This document shows, piece by piece, positions 48,608 to 54,214 of a stretch of 54,214 nucleotides of DNA (the stretch's first letter is position 1; each line of letters begins with the position of its first letter). The notes under the pieces were generated by a model, which did no database searches, was not told the origin of the DNA, and saw only the letters and a program-made list of their open reading frames with translations. The position numbers and the translations under genes were made by a program. The stretch covers positions 1 through 54,214 of the forward strand of contig CAIUUR010000273.1 of assembly GCA_903902345.1 (NCBI GenBank), read 5' to 3'. Source of the stretch: an uncultured Geobacteraceae bacterium (GTDB taxonomy: Bacteria; Desulfobacterota; Desulfuromonadia; Geobacterales; CAIOGM01).

Positions 48608-49611
48608 AGGCGCTGGTCACCGGCGGCGGCGGCTTCCTGGGAGGGGCTATCGTACGTCAGCTCCGGGAGCGGGGGGATGAGGTGCGAAGCTTCTCCCGGG
48701 GGGAGCATCCGGAACTGGCCGCGCTGGGGGTTCGCCAGTTTCGGGGCGATCTGGTCCGGCAGCAGGAGCTCTTCCGCGCTGCGGATGGGTGTGATGTCAT
48801 CTTCCATGTGGCGGCCAAGGCCGGGATCTGGGGAGCGCACGAAGAGTTTTTTCGCGCCAATGTGACCGGTACGGAAAATGTCTTGGGCGTATGCCGGGCT
48901 CATGGCATCCGACGGCTCGTACACACCAGCTCTCCCAGCGTGGTCTTCCCTGGCGGGGATCTGGAGGGGGGGGACGAAACGCTCCCCTACCCGGCCCGTT
49001 ACGAGGCCCACTATCCCGAAACCAAGGCCCGGGCCGAACGGATGGTGCTGGCTGCCAACGACCCATCCCTGGCCACCGTTTCGCTCCGCCCCCACCTCAT
49101 CTGGGGGCCCGGCGACAACCATCTGGTTCCGCGGATCGTGGCCAAGGCCCGTGAGGGAAAGCTCCGGCGGATCGGAGATCGTCCCTGCCTGGTGGATACG
49201 GTCTATGTGGATAACGCTGCGCGGGCTCACCTTCTTGCCGCCGACCGGCTTTATCCTGGATCAATCGTCGCGGGGAAGTGCTACTTTATCACCAACGGGG
49301 AGCCGATCCCTCTCTGGGAGATGGTGGACCGGATTCTCGCCGCCGCCGGCCTTCCCCCGGTGAACCGGAGGATCTCACCGCGCACCGCCTCCGTGGCGGG
49401 AGTTCTCTGCGAACTGCTCTGGAGCATATTCCGGCTACCCGGTGAGCCCCCCATGACCCGCTTTGTGGCGCGGGAGCTTTCCACCGCCCACTGGTTCGAC
49501 CTTGCCGCCGCCCGACGGGATCTCGCCTACCAGCCGACGATTTCGCTGGAAGAGGGGCTTGTCAGGCTCCGGGAGTGGTTCAGGGGAAATGGCGAGTCGG
49601 GAACGGGGTGA
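48604..49611 (+). CDS. oleD: OleD 2-alkyl-3-oxoalkanoate reductase (3-beta-HSD-like SDR)
   Basis: TGGGGFLG, HVAAKAG.WG, TSSPSV, YPETK, RPHLIWGPGD. Confidence 0.9.
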   Translation: MKALVTGGGGFLGGAIVRQLRERGDEVRSFSRGEHPELAALGVRQFRGDLVRQQELFRAADGCDVIFHVAAKAGIWGAHEEFFRANVTGTENVLGVCRAHGIRRLVHTSSPSVVFPGGDLEGGDETLPYPARYEAHYPETKARAERMVLAANDPSLATVSLRPHLIWGPGDNHLVPRIVAKAREGKLRRIGDRPCLVDTVYVDNAARAHLLAADRLYPGSIVAGKCYFITNGEPIPLWEMVDRILAAAGLPPVNRRISPRTASVAGVLCELLWSIFRLPGEPPMTRFVARELSTAHWFDLAAARRDLAYQPTISLEEGLVRLREWFRGNGESGTG

Positions 49612-49672
49612 CCTTTCCCGGCGGAATCCGGGGAGAAGGCTTTGTTGCCTCGCTGATTGTTATTGCGAAAAT

Positions 49673-49799
49673 TGACGGAATGCTTTACAGTCGCTTGGGA
49701 AATGTGTCGGAATACTTTACAGTCGGCTGCAACCGGGTAACGTGATATCAACAGGTTACTTCCGTGGTTGGCGCCAATATTTACGGCACAAATATTGCA
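49673..49799 (+). promoter_or_regulatory. Sigma-54 promoter with IHF site and tandem enhancer boxes
   Basis: TGA/TGT-N11-ACA at 49673-49689 and 49705-49721; IHF consensus TATCAACAGGTTA at 49746-49758; CGGCAC-N5-TTGCA at 49784-49799. Confidence 0.8.
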
Positions 49800-49842
49800 A
49801 TGTGGACAGTGGGTACTATATTAACTCCGAGAGGTATGAACT

Positions 49843-50880
49843 ATGAATAGGAAAACTCTAGCCGCTTTGGTTATCGGTTTGATGCTTGGAACGAGCGGAT
49901 CGGCTCTTGCTACTTTCTATCCCACTGCATCCACCGCCGGCCTGTACGGTTACAGTAATGCGATGACCAATGACGTTTATAATACGGTTAGTACTGATAT
50001 TGCCGGTAACGGCGGCAATATCCCCAACGGTATTCCCACGCCCAACTCCACGGGGCTCATCTCCGATTCCACCGGTTTTGCGTATGACCTGTTTGGCGCC
50101 GCGGATTTGTTGAGCCACAATGCGTATGGTTTCACCAGCAACTGGGGGCTTGACACGTTTACAAAAACTGTTAAGGATAAAGTAACCGGTGCCGTGCTGT
50201 ATCAGGCCGGTGCTTCGAGGTTGATTACCGACAGTCCTTCGCTGAGAATTAAGACCGGGGACTTGATGAGTTTCTACGTCATCGGCCGCGGGGCGATGAA
50301 TATCGACACTCTTGGCTACTATCAAAGGACTGCTGCCGGCGCCGTAACGTTGACCAAGCAGTTACTGGGCGGGGTCGCCGGGGCCGACTTCACGGGGAAC
50401 GGAGGGAGATTGGCTCCTTTTCAAGGAGTGGATTTCGTAGCGCCGGCGGGTGGCAGCGTGGGGTGGTATCTCAACGTGACTGATCACGTTAATGGCGTTA
50501 ATAAAACGTTCTATTCGGAAGCTTCGCTGAACAGCGATGGGTACAACCACATGATCACCTACGCACTGCCGGAGTTGCAGGGAATGGTGCGCTACATCCA
50601 GGATCCGGTGTCGGGTCTGATGATACAGCATACGTTCAGCAGTAATGCCTATCTCATCGGGTTCAAGGACCGCACCGATGTGGCGGGGTTGTATGGTACG
50701 AATGCTGCCAACGGGTTCACCGTGGGTGACGATGATTATAATGATATCATGATTCTGGTCGATGGACTGCCGGGCTCCGGCCCCACCCCTCCGCCGCTGG
50801 TGCCGGAGCCCGCCACCTTTGTCCTCGTGGGAGCCGGTCTGGCCGGATTGTGGGTGATGAGCCGCCGCAAACAGAGCTGA
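49843..50880 (+). CDS. PEP-CTERM surface protein (DUF4114-like domain)
   Basis: Signal peptide; LNSDGYNH, IGFKDR, DDDYNDI; VPEPAT + TM helix + RRK. Confidence 0.9.
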   Translation: MNRKTLAALVIGLMLGTSGSALATFYPTASTAGLYGYSNAMTNDVYNTVSTDIAGNGGNIPNGIPTPNSTGLISDSTGFAYDLFGAADLLSHNAYGFTSNWGLDTFTKTVKDKVTGAVLYQAGASRLITDSPSLRIKTGDLMSFYVIGRGAMNIDTLGYYQRTAAGAVTLTKQLLGGVAGADFTGNGGRLAPFQGVDFVAPAGGSVGWYLNVTDHVNGVNKTFYSEASLNSDGYNHMITYALPELQGMVRYIQDPVSGLMIQHTFSSNAYLIGFKDRTDVAGLYGTNAANGFTVGDDDYNDIMILVDGLPGSGPTPPPLVPEPATFVLVGAGLAGLWVMSRRKQS

Positions 50881-50916
50881 TCCGACGAAATAGCAAAAGC
50901 AGGAATCTAAACAGTT

Positions 50917-50957
50917 ACGGGAAAAGGCGATCTTTTGATCGCCTTTTCCCGTTTTTA
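50917..50957. terminator. Intrinsic terminator
   Basis: acgggaaaaggcgatc-tttt-gatcgccttttcccgt followed by T run. Confidence 0.8.
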
Positions 50958-51716
50958 CTTCTCCATGCTCCAGCGATAAAACAGCAGTCCCAGCCGTTCG
51001 TGCAGTACCGCCGTTGTCCCGATCAGACTCTCGATGGAGGGGAGAAAGGTGTAGGGGGTGACTCTCTTGGGATGATCATAGGGCAAACCCGCCGGTACCG
51101 GCGTGACGCCAAGACCCTGTCGCTGAAAAATAAGGAGTGCCCGTTTCATGTGATAACCGGAGGTTACCAGGAAGGGATGTCGAAACCCCTGTCGGTTGCA
51201 GATCTTTGCCACATACCGTCCGTTCTCCAAGGTATCCCTGCTGCGCTCTTCAATGATGATTTTTTTCTGCGGGACTCCCAGATCCAGCAGGAACCGGCGT
51301 ACGATCAACGCTTCGGGGGTATCCGTCTCCAGGATTGCACCGCCGCTGATGATTACGGGTACTCCGGTCCGCTTCTGGAGCCGAACTGCCGTCACCGTGC
51401 GGGACATCATCTCATCGGAGGGAACTCCGATCCCCGTCAGGTCAAGAATACTGTCGTTCGTTCCCCCCCCCAGAAGAATGATGACATCGCCGTGAAGTTG
51501 CCGGGGAAGGGCAATCCCCTCCTGAAGCCCCTTCCGGAGAAAGGTTGCCACTGGCCCCGACGACATTCCCCAGAGGGCTAACCCCAAGAGAAGGGTAACT
51601 ACCCCCACAGAACGTTGGCGTCGGCGTAGTCCCCAGATTCCGGTGGCGATGAGGAGTGCGGCAAAGAGTCCCGGAGGAAGGAGAAAGGCCGAAAGAATTT
51701 TTTTCAGCAAGAACAC
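50955..51716 (-). CDS. YdcF/ElyC family (DUF218) protein
   Basis: Two N-terminal TMs, ILLGGG, ISGG, EERSRDTLENG, LVTSGYHMKRA, LHERLG. Confidence 0.88.
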   Translation of the reverse strand: MFLLKKILSAFLLPPGLFAALLIATGIWGLRRRQRSVGVVTLLLGLALWGMSSGPVATFLRKGLQEGIALPRQLHGDVIILLGGGTNDSILDLTGIGVPSDEMMSRTVTAVRLQKRTGVPVIISGGAILETDTPEALIVRRFLLDLGVPQKKIIIEERSRDTLENGRYVAKICNRQGFRHPFLVTSGYHMKRALLIFQRQGLGVTPVPAGLPYDHPKRVTPYTFLPSIESLIGTTAVLHERLGLLFYRWSMEK

Positions 51717-51764
51717 GGGGAACGCTCCGGTGTGTCGACTCCCCTTGTACCTCCCGATTCGTTC

Positions 51765-52064
51765 CTAATCGTTCTCATTTCTGAACCACTGCTCGAACCA
51801 AGTTCGGTGGTCCTTGGAGGCGAGGATCTTCAGGTCGTTGGGGCCGAGCCAGACGCCACCGCAATCGGGGCAGCGGTCCAGCGGTACGCTGCGGAAGGTA
51901 ACCGGTACGATGGCCTCCCCGCATTTGGGACAGCGATTCTTGCACTCTTCCCGTATCAACTTTTCCTGGGATTCGGCCTTGGACTTCGCCAGGGCCTCCT
52001 GCTCGTGTCGGTGAATATACTCGTTCTCCAGGGCCTTCTCCCGCTCTTCCCAGGCGTTTTTCAT
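51765..52064 (-). CDS. Small zinc-ribbon (zf-TFIIB-like) protein
   Basis: REKALENEY helix, CPKCG..DRCPDCGGVWL. Confidence 0.8.
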   Translation of the reverse strand: MKNAWEEREKALENEYIHRHEQEALAKSKAESQEKLIREECKNRCPKCGEAIVPVTFRSVPLDRCPDCGGVWLGPNDLKILASKDHRTWFEQWFRNEND

Positions 52065-52227
52065 GGGGGTTCCTCCGGACATGATCATGGTCGGTAATGA
52101 ATATAAGATGAATTCTAGCAGAATGCCGGGCTGATGTAACCATTAAGATGATCGGTTATTGACACCGGGGCCGTCATCGGGATACAAAGTCCTCGGGAAT
52201 ATCACCATAACCTGAAGGAGCAGACCC

Positions 52228-52521
52228 ATGATCACACATATCGTCCTCTTCAAGCTCAACGACCCTCGTCCCGACATCCTGGCCGCCACCCGCGATCTTC
52301 TCCTCAGCATGGATGGCAAGGTGCCTCAACTTCGTCATCTGGAAGTGGGGATAGATCTGATCCGATCTCCCCGTTCCTACGATATCGCCCTGGTGACCAG
52401 GTTCGACTCTCTGGATGAACTCAACGCGTATCAGGTCGATCCCTACCATGTGGGAACCATCATCCCCCATATGCGTTCCGTCTCCTCCTCCACCGTTGCC
52501 GCCGATTACGAGCTGCCGTAA
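52228..52521 (+). CDS. Dabb family stress-responsive A/B barrel protein
   Basis: MITHIVLFK, YDIAL..F.SLDELNAYQVDPYH, ADYE; SD AAGGAG. Confidence 0.88.
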   Translation: MITHIVLFKLNDPRPDILAATRDLLLSMDGKVPQLRHLEVGIDLIRSPRSYDIALVTRFDSLDELNAYQVDPYHVGTIIPHMRSVSSSTVAADYELP

Positions 52522-52553
52522 CCGTTTTATCTCCGGTGGCCTCCTTCGGGAGG

Positions 52554-53987
52554 TCAGAGGAGCCCGGGCAGGACCACAAAACAGGCGGACATGAGCGCCG
52601 TTGGAGCCAGCGCCCCCAGCAGCAACCCCACCGGAGATATTCCGTCCTGGAAGAAGGTGCTCAGGATGGACTGTCCCGCGGGATTGGGGGCGTTGGCGAT
52701 GACGGTCAATCCACCACCGATGACCGCACCCGACATGACGGCGTACTTCATGGATTCGGTCATGTTGGGGACCAGGGTGGCGAGGAAGGTGATAGCTGCA
52801 TTGTCGTTCACCGCGGTCAGCGCCAGGGCGCCAAACATGAGGGGGAGCTCGTTCAGCCTTCCCAGCAGCGGCGCGATCCACCACTGCTGGAGCCCCCCGT
52901 GGATCACCAGGCCCGCCAGAAAAAATCCCACCAGGATGGGGGGACGGAGCTGAAGGGGATCCTGGCACTCTTCGGTAACCTGGAAGAAGGCGAGGAAGAA
53001 GAGAAAGCTTCCCACCAGCAGGACCGGACGATGAACGTTGTATACAGCCGAGGCCATGAAGAGGAGATGGATGACCGTGACCCAGGGGGGGGGAGCGCGA
53101 CGACACTCTTCTCCGGCTTCAACGGGAGTCACTCCTTCCATGGCTGCAAACTCTCCGCGGAACAATAAAAAATGGAGCGTGTTGCAGAGGAGTATCCCTA
53201 CGACGGCAATCCAGCCGAAATGGCTCATCATATGGATCGTGTCCCATCCCCAGGGGGTGGTGACCATCAGCACCGGAGGCGCCGCGAAGCTGGTGAGGGT
53301 CCCTCCAACCGAGACATTGACGAAGAGGAGTCCCAGTGTGGCGTAGGCGAAGCGGCGGGACGGTTTGAGGGGGTAGAACCGTCGTCCCATGAGAAGGGCC
53401 GAGATGGTCATGGCGGCGGGTTCGGTGATGAGCGAACCGAGGAGAGGACCCACTGTCAGGATGGAGAACCACCACGCCTGGGGCCGGTTACCCCCCAGGC
53501 GGGCGAACAGTCCCAGAGATCCCTCGGCCAGTCCCAGGATCGGCCGGGTTGACGAGATGGCCATGACCACCACCACGAAGAGTGCTTCGTCGTAGTTGAC
53601 TCCCTTCTCCAGATACGCCAGCGCCGGCTGAAGGCCAATGTTTGCTGTCAAAATCAGGAACAGGGGGATCACCCAGATGCCGAAGACCGCCTCGACCTCC
53701 CCCAGGAAATGGCAGAGACGCGCTGTGCCGCTGGCCACGACGGTAACGTCGGGAATATCTTCACCACCCTGAAAGAGCTCCTCCCGGCGCCTCTGCTCGA
53801 AAAGTGAGGCAAGGTGATGAAATCTGGCGGTAAAGAAGGTGTGAAGTACCGCCCCGAGAAACAGGAGTGATGCCCAGAGGTTCAGCGGTTCCACCTGGAT
53901 CCGATGAACGAGGATCTCCATGAGCCCGGTTATTCCCGTGTCGCCGTAGCTACCCAGCAGGGGGGGGAAGGCGCCTCCGACGCTCAT
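52554..53987 (-). CDS. Putative Na+/H+ antiporter (DUF1504-like IT-superfamily membrane protein)
   Basis: Many TMs; FLGEVE.VFG.W, ITEPAAMT, FAAPPVLMV, DNAAIT, GGGLTVIANAPNPAG. Confidence 0.75.
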   Translation of the reverse strand: MSVGGAFPPLLGSYGDTGITGLMEILVHRIQVEPLNLWASLLFLGAVLHTFFTARFHHLASLFEQRRREELFQGGEDIPDVTVVASGTARLCHFLGEVEAVFGIWVIPLFLILTANIGLQPALAYLEKGVNYDEALFVVVVMAISSTRPILGLAEGSLGLFARLGGNRPQAWWFSILTVGPLLGSLITEPAAMTISALLMGRRFYPLKPSRRFAYATLGLLFVNVSVGGTLTSFAAPPVLMVTTPWGWDTIHMMSHFGWIAVVGILLCNTLHFLLFRGEFAAMEGVTPVEAGEECRRAPPPWVTVIHLLFMASAVYNVHRPVLLVGSFLFFLAFFQVTEECQDPLQLRPPILVGFFLAGLVIHGGLQQWWIAPLLGRLNELPLMFGALALTAVNDNAAITFLATLVPNMTESMKYAVMSGAVIGGGLTVIANAPNPAGQSILSTFFQDGISPVGLLLGALAPTALMSACFVVLPGLL

Positions 53988-54214
53988 GCCTCCTTCTCCC
54001 TCTGAAGTGCATCCCGCGCCGCGGCCAGTTCCTCCCTTTTTTCGGCGTCCACGGAGGGGAATGCCAGCTTCATCTCATCCAACGCCTCATGGATGGCGGA
54101 CGCCACCACAAGGCGGGTGAACCATTTGTTATCCGCCGGCGCCACGTACCACGGAGCGTGTTTTGTCGCCGTGTGGCGGATCATCTCCTCGTAGGCCACC
54201 ATATAATCGTCCCA
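53984..54214 (-). CDS. ppk2: Polyphosphate kinase 2 family protein, C-terminal part (runs off the window)
   Basis: WDDYMVAYEEMI..T.T.HAPWYV.PADNKWF.RL. Confidence 0.85.
   Translation of the reverse strand, partial: WDDYMVAYEEMIRHTATKHAPWYVAPADNKWFTRLVVASAIHEALDEMKLAFPSVDAEKREELAAARDALQREKEA

Overview
GC-rich chromosomal segment whose gene content (multiheme cytochromes, PEP-CTERM protein, PilT, short multicopy intergenic repeats) points to a Geobacteraceae/Desulfuromonadia genome; this is inferred, not database-checked. The left half is mostly housekeeping: a Cys-less thiolase with a C-terminal extension, rne, a dodecaheme cytochrome, a gamma-carbonic anhydrase, nadA, rplM-rpsI, argC, selB, a nitroreductase, an ABC exporter, pilT, a ThiI-like enzyme and an octaheme TPR cytochrome. 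An AT-richer islet (about 24.3-29.1 kb) carries a dockerin-like remnant and a large secreted papain-family protease. The main feature is a ~19.3 kb operon joining a Pfa-type PUFA synthase (pfaD, pfaA, fused pfaBC) to oleABCD, with oleB broken by a +1 G frameshift. It is followed by a sigma-54/IHF/enhancer-controlled PEP-CTERM gene. Other observations: a decayed Rpn insertion flanked by a 122-bp duplication of a gene 3' end, a structured rne leader, several repeat families that appear in frame inside coding linkers, and several gene remnants. No tRNA, rRNA or CRISPR array was seen.
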